A stretch of 50,132 nt of DNA, from the NCBI GenBank assembly GCA_963976555.1, contig CAXBLN010000001.1, positions 1-50,132 on the forward strand. The letters are read 5' to 3'. The notes beneath the pieces were generated by a model. It was not told the origin of the DNA, made no database searches, and saw nothing but the letters and a program-made list of their open reading frames with translations. Made by a program: the position numbers and the translations under genes. The DNA comes from an uncultured Gammaproteobacteria bacterium. GTDB lineage: Bacteria > Pseudomonadota > Gammaproteobacteria > Pseudomonadales > Pseudohongiellaceae. Positions 8,587 through 18,077 of this stretch are shown in pieces (position 1 is the first letter of the stretch; each line of letters opens with the position of its first letter).

Positions 8587-9609
8587 ATGACTAAGAATAC
8601 ACAGGTGTTTCTAGCTCAGAGGCCTCAGGGCGAGCCAAGTGATGAGTGTTTTGGGTTTCGCGAAGTAGACATTCCTGAGTTAACGGAGAATCAGGTATTG
8701 ATCCGCGTCTGCTGGCTCTCACTGGACCCCTATATGCGAGGTCGCATGAACGACATGAAATCCTATGCTGCTCCGCTGCAGATCGGAGATGTCATTACAG
8801 GAGAATCTGCGGGTATCGTCATTAAGTCTACCTCTCCCGAATTCGCGGAAGGAGATACAGTCGCGGCGCATATGGGCTGGCAATCTCACATCGTAACGGA
8901 TGCGAGTGACCCGCGCCTAATGAGAGTTGATCTCAATAATGGCAGTCTGTCGGCACATCTGGGGGTTGTGGGTATGCCGGGAAGAACTGCCTACTTTGGG
9001 CTGACCGAAATTGGCAAGCCACAGCCTGGCGAGACACTCGTTGTTGCAGCGGCTTCCGGTGCTGTTGGCTCGGCAGTGGGGCAGATAGCCAAGATAAAAG
9101 GCCTGCGAGTGGTGGGTATCGCCGGGGGGGCGGAGAAATGTCGCTACGTTAAGGAAGAATTGAAGTTCGATGCCTGTATCGACTATAAGGCGGGCAATCT
9201 AGCCGCGCAACTTGCCGAGGCTTGTCCCGATGGCGTCGATATCTATTTCGAGAATGTCGGTGGAGACGTAACGAAGGCGGTTGCACCCTTGCTGAACGTA
9301 GGTGCGAGGGTGCCAGTTTGCGGCTACATCTCAAACTACAACGATGAAGATATGACGAAATCCGAAACGCCGATGCACATTCTCAAGGCGCTAGATCCGG
9401 TGCCGGAGCATCGATTCTTTGTCGTTACCGAATGGAATGATAGATGGGTTGAAGCCACCAGACTACTCGGAAGCTGGGTTCAGGATGGCCGTTTAAAATA
9501 CAGAGAAAGTGTCGGAGTAGGGTTGGACAATGCGCCTGAATATTTCCGTGGTATGTTAAAGGGTAAGAATTTTGGTAAGCAGCTGATTAAAGTGGCGGAC
9601 GAGGGATAG
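8587..9609 (+). CDS. NADP-dependent oxidoreductase, MDR superfamily (alkenal/one reductase, YncB/CurA/PTGR1-like)
   Basis: 340 aa. Motifs: LSLDPYMRGRM, GMPGRTAYFGL, nucleotide-binding AAASGAVGSAVGQIAKIKG, and C-terminal NFGKQLIKV. Confidence 0.8.
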   Translation: MTKNTQVFLAQRPQGEPSDECFGFREVDIPELTENQVLIRVCWLSLDPYMRGRMNDMKSYAAPLQIGDVITGESAGIVIKSTSPEFAEGDTVAAHMGWQSHIVTDASDPRLMRVDLNNGSLSAHLGVVGMPGRTAYFGLTEIGKPQPGETLVVAAASGAVGSAVGQIAKIKGLRVVGIAGGAEKCRYVKEELKFDACIDYKAGNLAAQLAEACPDGVDIYFENVGGDVTKAVAPLLNVGARVPVCGYISNYNDEDMTKSETPMHILKALDPVPEHRFFVVTEWNDRWVEATRLLGSWVQDGRLKYRESVGVGLDNAPEYFRGMLKGKNFGKQLIKVADEG

Positions 9610-10439
9610 TGTCGCCGCAAGACTTAAACACCTACCTGTCAGGCTCGCTATTCTCACTCGAAGGGAAAACTGCACTTGTTACTGGAGGCAGTTCTGGTCT
9701 TGGCTTAATCATGGCGAAGGGTCTCCTCTGCAATGGTGTCCGAGTTGTTATCGCCTCGCGCAGTCAAGAAAAATGCGACATGGCGCTTGCGGAGCTGTCT
9801 AAGTATGGCGACTGTGCTGCGCTTGCGGCAGATGTAACTAATAGCTCAGACCGGAATAAATTGTTGAGCTTCACTGAGGGTAAGTTGGGCAGCCTCTCGA
9901 TACTCATCAACAATGCCGGTGCTAACTGGGGAGCCAAGCTTGAAGACTATCCAGATGACGGCTTCGCGAAGGTCGTCGACACGAACCTGTCCGCGGTATT
10001 TTCCTTAACTCGAGACGCGACGCCGCTATTATCGATTTCCGCAAAGAGAGACGATCCCTCCCGCATAATTAATATTGGCTCAATGGATGGGATTCATGTG
10101 CCCATCGTCCAGCGTGTTCCCACGTTTGCCTATTCGGCTAGCAAGGCTGCACTGCATCACCTCACCCGGAGTTTAGCCGTAGAGTTGGGGCCAAAGAATA
10201 TTACAGTCAATGCGATAGCACCTGGGTTCTTCGAGTCAAAGATGACTGACTATGTGTTTGAACACTATAAAGAAGACATCGAAGATGATTGTCCGCTGGG
10301 CCGAGTAGGCAGACCTGAAGAGATGGTGGGCATCGTAACTTATCTTGCGTCCCGGGCCGGTGCCTATACGAATGGCACGGTAATTCCTGTTGATGGTGGT
10401 ACAAATATTTCGAAGGGTAAACGGGACTGGATGGATTAA
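9609..10439 (+). CDS. SDR-family oxidoreductase
   Basis: Motifs: TGGSSGLG, NNAG, and catalytic YSASKAAL. The GTG start overlaps the previous stop codon. Confidence 0.85.
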   Translation: MSPQDLNTYLSGSLFSLEGKTALVTGGSSGLGLIMAKGLLCNGVRVVIASRSQEKCDMALAELSKYGDCAALAADVTNSSDRNKLLSFTEGKLGSLSILINNAGANWGAKLEDYPDDGFAKVVDTNLSAVFSLTRDATPLLSISAKRDDPSRIINIGSMDGIHVPIVQRVPTFAYSASKAALHHLTRSLAVELGPKNITVNAIAPGFFESKMTDYVFEHYKEDIEDDCPLGRVGRPEEMVGIVTYLASRAGAYTNGTVIPVDGGTNISKGKRDWMD

Positions 10440-10510
10440 TATCTTGGGTGTTCCCTGGGTATGCAGCAAGAGAATCGGGCGCTAAGCCAATCGAATGAAA
10501 GGGAGAGTGT

Positions 10511-11275
10511 ATGAGTTTATTTAGCCTAGAAGGCAAAGTGGCAATTATCACCGGATCGACCAAGGGTATCGGTCTGGCAATAGCGACTCGCATGGCCGAA
10601 CATGGCGCGAAAGTCGTTATATCGAGCCGCAACCAGGATGCCTGCGATGAAGTAGCAGCAGGAATTCGTGAGCAGGGAGGCGAGGCTATCGCCATAGCCT
10701 GTAATATAAATTACAAAGAGCAGCTGCAGGAATTAGTCAGCAAGACCGAACAGCAGCTTGGGAACGTCAATGTGCTGGTATGCAACGCGGCTCTTAACCC
10801 CTATTTCGGTCCTTCTCAGGACATTCCAGACGAAGCCTTCGACAAAGTTATGCATGCTAATATTGGCAGCGTTCACCGACTCTGCCAACAGGTACTTCCA
10901 GGCATGGCTGAGACCGGTGGTGGCGCAGTTATAATCGTATCTTCTATCGGTGGCTTGAAGGGCACCGATGCCTTGGGCGCCTATGCTATATCGAAGGCCG
11001 CGGATATGCAGATTGCCAGGAATTTGGCAGTAGAGTGGGGGCCGAAGAATATCCGAGTGAACTGCATCGCTCCGGGCTTGGTAAAGACGGATTTTGCCAA
11101 GGCTCTCTGGGAGAACCCCGAAATATACAAGGCAACGGTTGCCAAGTATCCGCTTCGTAGGATAGGTGAGCCCGATGAAATTGCGGGTGCGGCGATATTT
11201 CTCGCATCCAGTGCAGGTAGCTTTACGACGGGCCAAACGATCGTGATCGACGGTGGTGGCACAATAGCTAGCTGA
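10511..11275 (+). CDS. SDR-family oxidoreductase
   Basis: Motifs: TGSTKGIGLA, NAAL, YAISKAA, IAPGLVKT. Confidence 0.9.
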   Translation: MSLFSLEGKVAIITGSTKGIGLAIATRMAEHGAKVVISSRNQDACDEVAAGIREQGGEAIAIACNINYKEQLQELVSKTEQQLGNVNVLVCNAALNPYFGPSQDIPDEAFDKVMHANIGSVHRLCQQVLPGMAETGGGAVIIVSSIGGLKGTDALGAYAISKAADMQIARNLAVEWGPKNIRVNCIAPGLVKTDFAKALWENPEIYKATVAKYPLRRIGEPDEIAGAAIFLASSAGSFTTGQTIVIDGGGTIAS

Positions 11276-11317
11276 TCTAGTAAAAATGTTTAAATTGAAT
11301 TTAGGGGAAGAATAGAA

Positions 11318-12535
11318 ATGATGGACTTAGGATTATCAGAAGAACTCGTCGAAGTACGCGAAAAGATTCGCACTTTTGTTGAAGAGAAAGTAGAGCCTGT
11401 TGAGGTCGAGTACCACGATGAGGTTAGCGTAGGTGATAGATGGACACAGACGCCACGTCAGGTAGAGATTCTAGAAAGCCTGAAAGCTGAGGCGCGCAGG
11501 CTAGGCATGTGGAACTTCTTCCTGCCTGAGAGTCAGGGTGGGGCGGGTATATCGAATCTACACTACGCGCATCTTGCGGAAATCATGGGACGAAGCAGGC
11601 TTGCTTCGGAGGCATTCAACTGCAGTGCACCTGATACTGGCAATATGGAAGTTTTGGAGCGTTACGGTTCTGCAGAACAGAAGAAAGAATGGCTTGAGCC
11701 GCTGCTCGCGGGTGAGATTCGATCGGCATTCGCCATGACGGAGCCAGGTGTTGCCTCTTCCGATGCCACGAACATAGCCACGAGTGCCGTGATGGACGGC
11801 GATGAGTGGGTTATTAGCGGAGAAAAATTCTACATCTCTGGTGCGGGAGACGCGCGCTGCAAGATCATGATTGTCATGGTTGTTACCGACCCGGATGCTC
11901 CTAAGCACACCCGCCAGTCGCAGATTCTCGTGCCCATGGACACAGAGGGTGTTGAAGTCATAAGGCCTATGCATGTATTTGGTCGCGACGATGCTCCCCA
12001 TGGCCATATGCACATAAAATTTCACAACGTACGGGTTCCCCAAAGCAATATCATATTAGGCCGAGGCCGTGGTTTTGAAATCTCTCAGGGCCGTCTCGGA
12101 CCTGGACGAATCCATCACTGTATGCGTTCCATTGGTGCCGCAGAGAAGGCATTGGATCTAATGTGCCAGCGATCAGTGAGTAGAGAGGCATTCGGTAAGC
12201 CGCTAGCTGAACTGGGTGGCAATTACGACATTATTGCCGATAGTCGTATAGAAATAGAGATGTGTAGACTGCTAACCTATAAGGCCGCATGGCTGATGGA
12301 TACCATTGGCAATAAAGCAGCCCGAGATGCGATCTCTCAGATTAAAGTTGCGGTGCCAAATATGGCACTGCGTGTAATCGATCGTGCTATACAGATGCAT
12401 GGGGCGGCCGGAGTTTCGCAGGACTTCCCACTTGCGGCACTGTGGACGAGTCAGCGCACATTGCGACTGGCAGACGGTCCAGACGAAGTGCATCGCCGCG
12501 TTATTGCAAGAAAGGAGCTCGCGAAGTACAACTAG
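11318..12535 (+). CDS. Acyl-CoA dehydrogenase family protein (ACAD10/11-, FadE2-like)
   Basis: 405 aa. Motifs: [25 protein letters not shown], and C-terminal [34 protein letters not shown]. Confidence 0.85.
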   Translation: MMDLGLSEELVEVREKIRTFVEEKVEPVEVEYHDEVSVGDRWTQTPRQVEILESLKAEARRLGMWNFFLPESQGGAGISNLHYAHLAEIMGRSRLASEAFNCSAPDTGNMEVLERYGSAEQKKEWLEPLLAGEIRSAFAMTEPGVASSDATNIATSAVMDGDEWVISGEKFYISGAGDARCKIMIVMVVTDPDAPKHTRQSQILVPMDTEGVEVIRPMHVFGRDDAPHGHMHIKFHNVRVPQSNIILGRGRGFEISQGRLGPGRIHHCMRSIGAAEKALDLMCQRSVSREAFGKPLAELGGNYDIIADSRIEIEMCRLLTYKAAWLMDTIGNKAARDAISQIKVAVPNMALRVIDRAIQMHGAAGVSQDFPLAALWTSQRTLRLADGPDEVHRRVIARKELAKYN

Positions 12536-12588
12536 TCTTTCGATTGGCAAGTTTCTAGACTGGCAAGCCTAAGCAAAGTGTTAGGAAA

Positions 12589-12612
12589 GGGGAAGCCTGG
12601 CTTCCCTTTTTT
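12589..12612 (+). terminator. Rho-independent terminator after the acyl-CoA dehydrogenase gene
   Basis: Hairpin gggaag-cctgg-cttccc followed by TTTTTT. Confidence 0.65.
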
Positions 12613-12671
12613 GGTGGTGCTTGGCTTGCAGAACGGAGACTCCATGTCAGCATTTTCACCCCTGGACTTTC

Positions 12672-13517
12672 ATGAAAGAAGCAATGCCGAGCAGCGCCAT
12701 GCCCGTTAATATAGTTGTGGCACATCCTCTGGAGGCCAAGGCCTTGATTCCCATGTTCGGGTTGCAGCCTACACAGAATACCTCCGGCTACGTGCAATAT
12801 AATTGTGCAAATGGTCTGCAGCTCATAGTCTCTGGCGTCGGTAGATCGGCCGTATCGGCTGCGGTGAAGTTCCTGGCAAAGCAGCAGGCCAATGAGGATA
12901 ACCAGGTCAGAGGCTGGGTGAATATTGGAATCGCTGGGCACAGAAATGCGGCTCTTGGCAGTGGCTGGCTGGCGAATAGGATCACTGATCGGGCCGCAGG
13001 CACTAGGGCCTACCCGCCACAACTTATCGATGGAATCGCTGCCTGCAGCGTAGTCACTGTGGATGAGCCGGAGCTGGTGTATCCTGAGGATGCTGTCTAT
13101 GAGATGGAGGCTTCTGCGTTCTATGGCGAAGCGAGCAGGCATTCGACAGCGGAATTGGTGCAACTATTTAAAGTTGTATCCGATAACCTGCAAAACCCGA
13201 TCAGCGATCTGGACTTGAAGAGGGTGCCGATGTGGATAGCGCAGCAAGAGGAGCAGATCGTCTCGCTCGTTCAGAGACTGAGCGAACTGGTTAATCTGCA
13301 CAATGCCAGCCATGCTATGCCGACTGCCTATCACGACCTCTGTAGCCAGTTACACTTGACCGTAAGTCAGAAATTGCAGCTGAAAAGGCTCTGTCAGCGC
13401 TACAAGGCGCTGGGGCGCGAAGCTGAGCTAGGTGGCTTCGTTGCAACTGCGGTGGGCAGTAAGAAACTAATTGCCACACTTGTAGCTCAAATTGACGAGC
13501 CAATGAATACACAGTGA
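12672..13517 (+). CDS. Nucleoside phosphorylase-superfamily protein (MTA/SAH-nucleosidase-like N-domain) with an unassigned helical C-terminal extension
   Basis: PNP_UDP_1-like order of motifs: VNIVVAHPLEAKAL, IVSGVGRSAVSAA, VNIGIAGH, YEMEASAFY. The start is uncertain. The track ORF begins at TTG 12621 just 3' of the terminator, and in-frame ATGs lie at 12672, 12684 and 12699. Confidence 0.5.
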   Translation: MKEAMPSSAMPVNIVVAHPLEAKALIPMFGLQPTQNTSGYVQYNCANGLQLIVSGVGRSAVSAAVKFLAKQQANEDNQVRGWVNIGIAGHRNAALGSGWLANRITDRAAGTRAYPPQLIDGIAACSVVTVDEPELVYPEDAVYEMEASAFYGEASRHSTAELVQLFKVVSDNLQNPISDLDLKRVPMWIAQQEEQIVSLVQRLSELVNLHNASHAMPTAYHDLCSQLHLTVSQKLQLKRLCQRYKALGREAELGGFVATAVGSKKLIATLVAQIDEPMNTQ

Positions 13518-13527
13518 TCTGAGTTTT

Positions 13528-14514
13528 ATGTTTTCGACCATCTACATTGAAGAAGAAGTATTGGAATTGCCGCGAGTAAAGGAATTGCTTGCCAGATATT
13601 CCCATATACCTCAGGTTATATGTGAGCGCTACGGTGAGGTGTTTAATCGCAAGTCACAAAATTTTCGTCTTCAGAAAAAGTCACCGGCACTGATTTTGGC
13701 GAAAAAATACGGAAACAAAGTGCTATCTGCACCGCAGGGCTATGGTTACAACGACAGCAAAAGCTACTATTTTTCGCATATGCTGAACTGCGTTTATGAT
13801 TGCCGCTATTGCTTTCTGCAAGGTATGTACAGCTCTGCAAATTATGTCCTGTTCGTTAACTTCGAGGACTTCGAGGCCGCCCTCGCTGACAAGATAGCTG
13901 AGAATGATGGCGGTGGTGTCTATTACAGCGGCTATGATTGCGACAGTCTGGCACTGGAACCGGTCAGTAATTTCTGTAAAAAATTCGTACCGCTTTTCGT
14001 AAACTATCCCCATGCGGAACTGGAGATTCGAACGAAGAGCACCCAGGTTCGTTGCCTGCTTGAGCAAGATGTAGTCTCTAATTGCGTCATTGCCATGAGC
14101 TTCACTACAAGCGAGGCAGCCTCTCGCTGGGAGCATAAGGTGCCGTCCGTAGAGAAGAGGATTGAGGCATTACACAAGCTGCAACTAGCCGGGTGGAGGG
14201 TGGCGATTCGTTTCGAGCCGCTCATTCTGGGTAGTGATGGGATTGCAGCTTATGAGGCTCTATTCGATCAGCTATTCTCGAGGCTCGATGTTGACAAGAT
14301 TCATTCCGTGAGCAGTGGTTTATTTAGAATGCCCGTCGACTTTCATAAGCGCATAGTCAAGCTCTACCCAGACGAGGAATTATTTGCACGAGCTACCGAG
14401 ATCGACGAGGGTATGATCTCCTTGAAGAACGATGATGAAGCCGCGCAGTTGGCAGCAATCGAGACGCTTCTGTTTAAATCTATTTCGCCCCAGCAGTACT
14501 ATCGCTGTGCATAG
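13528..14514 (+). CDS. SPL-family (spore photoproduct lyase-like) radical SAM protein
   Basis: Radical SAM cluster motif CVYDCRYC (CX3CX2C) within YFSHMLNCVYDCRYCFLQGMY. The size (328 aa) and overall layout fit SplB-like proteins from non-sporulating bacteria. Confidence 0.7.
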   Translation: MFSTIYIEEEVLELPRVKELLARYSHIPQVICERYGEVFNRKSQNFRLQKKSPALILAKKYGNKVLSAPQGYGYNDSKSYYFSHMLNCVYDCRYCFLQGMYSSANYVLFVNFEDFEAALADKIAENDGGGVYYSGYDCDSLALEPVSNFCKKFVPLFVNYPHAELEIRTKSTQVRCLLEQDVVSNCVIAMSFTTSEAASRWEHKVPSVEKRIEALHKLQLAGWRVAIRFEPLILGSDGIAAYEALFDQLFSRLDVDKIHSVSSGLFRMPVDFHKRIVKLYPDEELFARATEIDEGMISLKNDDEAAQLAAIETLLFKSISPQQYYRCA

Positions 14515-14539
14515 CCTTGCAGCACTATGGAGTTAATAC

Positions 14540-15265
14540 GTGAATAGCTCAAACGAAAAACAACTGGTGGTCATCACGGGGGCCTCTTCGGGTATTGGGC
14601 GAGCAATAGCGAAGGGTGCAATTGACGCGGGATATCAAGTTCTAGGGATAGCTAAGAATCCCGATAAGGCGCAATTGGACCATCCTGACTTTAGCAGTCA
14701 TAGCATTGATCTGGCGGATCTAGACGCGCTCCCCGAAAGGCTGGCGGAATTGATCGCGGGGATCGATTTGCCGGTGAAGGCGTTGATCAACAATGCGGGC
14801 ATCGGCCGGATGGGGTTCCTGGAACAGCTCTCTATTAATGACATCCGACTGTTACTGGATACCAACCTGACGAGTCAGATCCTATTGACTAAGGCGTTCC
14901 TGCCGATGCTGAAAAAGCAGGGGGAGGGCGATATCCTTTTCATGGGCTCGGAAGCGGCGCTGCGGGGGGCGAGACAGGGCAGCATCTATTGTGCGAGCAA
15001 ATTTGCTATCCGTGGTTTTTCTCAGGCGCTGCGCGAAGAATGCGGAAAGTCGGGAGTCCGGGTAACTCTCATTAATCCAGGCGCTGTGCGCACGCCCTTC
15101 TTTGAGAAATTGCAATTTGAGCCAGACCTCGCCCCAGAGCATGCAATCGAGCCGGACGATATAGCGATTGCCGCGATGATGGTGTTGGCTTCACGGCAGG
15201 GAACGGTATTTGATGAGATCACTCTTTCTCCACGAAACCAGGTTTGGAGGAAAAAGGATGCCTAG
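14540..15265 (+). CDS. SDR-family oxidoreductase
   Basis: Motifs: TGASSGIGRA, NNAG, YCASKFA. GTG start with GGAG upstream, 25 nt after the radical SAM gene. Confidence 0.85.
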   Translation: MNSSNEKQLVVITGASSGIGRAIAKGAIDAGYQVLGIAKNPDKAQLDHPDFSSHSIDLADLDALPERLAELIAGIDLPVKALINNAGIGRMGFLEQLSINDIRLLLDTNLTSQILLTKAFLPMLKKQGEGDILFMGSEAALRGARQGSIYCASKFAIRGFSQALREECGKSGVRVTLINPGAVRTPFFEKLQFEPDLAPEHAIEPDDIAIAAMMVLASRQGTVFDEITLSPRNQVWRKKDA

Positions 15266-15306
15266 CGCAAACAGAACCGCGAGCGAAACTGCGGCGTCTG
15301 CGACAA

Positions 15307-15336
15307 TTTGACGCGGAGAGCTTAAATCGCCTATTC
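15307..15336 (+). promoter_or_regulatory. Possible sigma-70 promoter for copCD (TTGACG-18 nt-TATTCT)
   Basis: Hexamers read from the sequence, about 60 nt upstream of the copC ATG. There is no experimental support. Confidence 0.3.
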
Positions 15337-15393
15337 TGTTGAGACCTGCGATAATCATCTGATCTGCTTCATTTTTCTTTAACAGAGGTTCCT

Positions 15394-15831
15394 ATGAAAC
15401 TTTCACATAATTCACTTAAGGTAGCATCACGCCTTGCGGCTGCAGCGTTTACATTCCTAATTTCTACTGCTGCTTTTGCGCACACTGCATTGAGCGAAGC
15501 AGCGCCAGGTAATGGGGCGATAGTGAGAGAAGCCCCGGGGCATATCAATCTAACCTTCAATGGACCTGTGAAGCTCGTGAAATTGGAGCTGATGGGTGTC
15601 GGTCATGAGATGCCGACAAACTTCAAGACTAATAGCGAGGCGAAAGCTGCCTTTATGATTGAGACGCCGGGTATGCATCCTGGTGCCTTCACGGTGAACT
15701 GGGCTGTTATAGGTGCCGATGGCCACACTGTAGCAGATAGCTACAGCTTTACTGTCGATCCGAGTGCCACAGACGCACAAGTGCACGCTGCTGCTGCCGG
15801 CGGTCACGGGCACGCGGGCGACGATCACTAG
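15394..15831 (+). CDS. copC: Copper-binding periplasmic protein CopC, with a His-rich C-terminal tail
   Basis: Signal peptide ends AFA|H, so the mature N-terminus is His. CopC-fold pattern: HTALSEAAPGNGAIV ... INLTFNGPVKLVKLEL ... GAFTVNWAVIGADGHTVADSYSFTV. The tail is HAAAAGGHGHAGDDH. Confidence 0.85.
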   Translation: MKLSHNSLKVASRLAAAAFTFLISTAAFAHTALSEAAPGNGAIVREAPGHINLTFNGPVKLVKLELMGVGHEMPTNFKTNSEAKAAFMIETPGMHPGAFTVNWAVIGADGHTVADSYSFTVDPSATDAQVHAAAAGGHGHAGDDH

Positions 15832-15850
15832 TCTTTAAACAGGCATATCG

Positions 15851-16774
15851 ATGTTAACACTCCCTGACAACTGGGAGCTTGCAAGTCTACTAGCCAAACT
15901 GCTTTTTTACATAGGCGCCTTCAGCATCGCTGGAGGTAGCCTCTGTGCCTGGCGCTACTCTAATGCAAATAAAGCGGCGCTACGTTCTAACTTCTCCTAC
16001 ATGTTTTTCGGTACCGTCATCGGGTTTCACGGGGCTCTCCTGGGATTTCTTGTGCAGGTCGGCCTGATAAGCGACAGCGGTATTGTAGGTATGTTCGATT
16101 GGGGGATGATATCGATACTACTCGATACCGCTCAAGGAGATGTCGCATTGCTGCGCATGCTGGCGTTCATGCTTGCTGGGGTTTCCAGTCTGTTTCTAAT
16201 AAAGCGCTTGCCGCACTATGATCTCAGCCTCGTGAATCCCCTGACGCGACTGCTGTTTACCTTACAGGTCACTGCTCTGCTCGGCCTCGCCTATTCTCAA
16301 ACTGTGGTCGGACACGTGTCTGTGTTGAGCCCGGTTGCGCGAGCATCCATAGTCCTGCACTTCATCGCTTTTTCGCTCTGGATTGGGTGTTGCTATCCGT
16401 TTTTGCAGCTAAGCAGGAGTCTGGATCTGGAGGTCTTACAAGACTCTCTCAAGCGTTTCGGCAACAACGCAATCGTGATACTTCTTGTGCTCTTCGTAGC
16501 GGGTGGTTTAATGCTACTCGAACTGCTGGGATCGCCGCTGGAGTTGCTCAATTCGGCCTACGGTCAGGCCCTGTCGGCAAAGCTTATATTGGTGTTGGCA
16601 ATACTTGGAGTTGCTGCCATGAATAAGCTGGCTATCGTGCCGAGATTGGTCAGTAGCGGCAGTGCTGCCAGGTTGCAGACTTCACTACGTTATGAAATTG
16701 CTTTGGCTATGGCGATTCTGGTGGTGACGGCGTATTTTTCCACAATAGTAGGCCCAGCTTCTCACCAGATGTAG
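15851..16774 (+). CDS. copD: CopD-family copper resistance/transport membrane protein
   Basis: 307 aa with about 8 TM helices, immediately downstream of copC. Confidence 0.75.
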   Translation: MLTLPDNWELASLLAKLLFYIGAFSIAGGSLCAWRYSNANKAALRSNFSYMFFGTVIGFHGALLGFLVQVGLISDSGIVGMFDWGMISILLDTAQGDVALLRMLAFMLAGVSSLFLIKRLPHYDLSLVNPLTRLLFTLQVTALLGLAYSQTVVGHVSVLSPVARASIVLHFIAFSLWIGCCYPFLQLSRSLDLEVLQDSLKRFGNNAIVILLVLFVAGGLMLLELLGSPLELLNSAYGQALSAKLILVLAILGVAAMNKLAIVPRLVSSGSAARLQTSLRYEIALAMAILVVTAYFSTIVGPASHQM

Positions 16775-16806
16775 CGCTTACTCGCTGCACATTAGATAGC
16801 CGGGGG

Positions 16807-17805
16807 CTAACTAAGGTTGAGCTCGTTTGAGGAATTGGCTTCGGCTGGATTTCTGTCTTCTATCAATCTGCTCGTCTCCAGAGTATTAAGATTTAGCATG
16901 ACCAGTTCGGCAGTCTCATTCATTGGGGAATAGGCTGCATTGCTAGCCATGAACGGCTGCACTGCAAATAGTAGATTGTTTCCAATCGGCGACCAGGCAA
17001 GGTTGAATAGATGCTGATTGCTGTAGTAAACGGGAACGGGCTCGATGGCCGTGCCTAGGCCACCCAGGAAGATAGTTGAGCCGCTTGTGTCGTATTGGAT
17101 GAACGCGTATTGCTTATCATCAAGCGACACCACGGGCGTTGCGATGGCCTGGATAATAGGGTCACTCTCCATGCTGCTAAACCGCAATTCGCCTCCAAGA
17201 TAGTCGTGCTCTGTGTCGAGCACCTCATCACTCAGAAAGATGGCTTCGCTGTCGCGCTCGAACATAGGCATGCCTTTGACTGAAATCCAGCTCGCAACGA
17301 CAAGGCACAGACAGGCAGCAGATAGTGCTGCGCCGAATCTAAACGAAGGCAGCGTGAATAATGAGGTTTCGCGCGGTCGATGGCGGTCGACAGAAACGGC
17401 CGTATTTTCTGTCGCGAATTCTACTCGAGGGATAAGCCGGTAGCCTCGTTTAGGAATGGTCTCGATATAGTTGCTAACGCTAGAATCTCCAGCCTGTAGC
17501 TGTTTACGTAGCTCGGAGATCGCCCTCGTGAGTGAGTTTTCGTTGACGATGACTCGTGGCCACAATTCTTGCACCAGCTCATCACGTGTGAGGACTCGAT
17601 CCTCGTTGGCAGCCAGGTAGCAGAGTAACTTAATAAGCCGCGGTTCGAGTTGTCGCTCCTCTTTGTCGCTTTTCGACTTGAGTCGATTCAGTTCTGGCAC
17701 AATATACCAGTCCCCTAGCGAAAATGGACGGGACATGGCAGGGCTCTTTCCGTGAGTTTCTGCCCCGGTAGGCTGTTCGATGTATTCTGCGCTCTTAATA
17801 GACAT
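16807..17805 (-). CDS. ToxR/CadC-like membrane-bound winged-helix transcriptional activator with a periplasmic domain
   Basis: N-terminal OmpR/PhoB-type DNA-binding domain: LEPRLIKLLCYLAANEDRVLTRDELVQELWPRVIVNENSLTRAISELRKQL ... IETIPKRGYRLI. One TM helix (FGAALSAACLCLVVASWI) is followed by a periplasmic region of about 165 aa. Confidence 0.75.
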   Translation of the reverse strand: MSIKSAEYIEQPTGAETHGKSPAMSRPFSLGDWYIVPELNRLKSKSDKEERQLEPRLIKLLCYLAANEDRVLTRDELVQELWPRVIVNENSLTRAISELRKQLQAGDSSVSNYIETIPKRGYRLIPRVEFATENTAVSVDRHRPRETSLFTLPSFRFGAALSAACLCLVVASWISVKGMPMFERDSEAIFLSDEVLDTEHDYLGGELRFSSMESDPIIQAIATPVVSLDDKQYAFIQYDTSGSTIFLGGLGTAIEPVPVYYSNQHLFNLAWSPIGNNLLFAVQPFMASNAAYSPMNETAELVMLNLNTLETSRLIEDRNPAEANSSNELNLS

Positions 17806-17969
17806 GAGTTTTCCGCTATTGTCTTCAATTCGAAACGATTAGAGGGTGCCCAGTTTCTCTCTGATTCCAGTCTCTGGCCTGTCTTCTAACACTGTATTCT
17901 AGAGTAATAAGACCGCTCAAACCGCGATTTTCTCCCTCTGCATGTTTTCTGGACATTATATTCACCGCA

Positions 17970-18053
17970 ATTTCAGGTTATTCGTCGCTTCTCAGCCTAG
18001 ATTTCAGTCATCAAGGCCTGAACTCAATAATTTCGCGGGTCAGATTCAGTCAT
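17970..18053. promoter_or_regulatory. Direct repeats of ATTTCAG-type motifs in the divergent regulator/degQ promoter region
   Basis: Copies: aATTTCAGg at 17970, agATTTCAGTCAT at 17999-18011, aATTTCG at 18029, agATTCAGTCAT at 18042-18053. Winged-helix activators typically bind direct repeats. Confidence 0.3.
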
Positions 18054-18077
18054 AGGGTCAATTTAGGAGAATTCAAG

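Noticed and set aside
10207-11262. Minus-strand ORFs of 162, 167, 93 and 73 aa.
   Set aside because: They are antisense shadows of the two SDR genes, which carry complete TGxxxGxG/YxxxK motifs on the plus strand.
12555-13163. 202-aa minus-strand ORF.
   Set aside because: It is antisense to the nucleosidase-like gene and runs through the acyl-CoA dehydrogenase terminator. It has no motifs and a Arg/Ser/Leu/Pro/His-rich composition.
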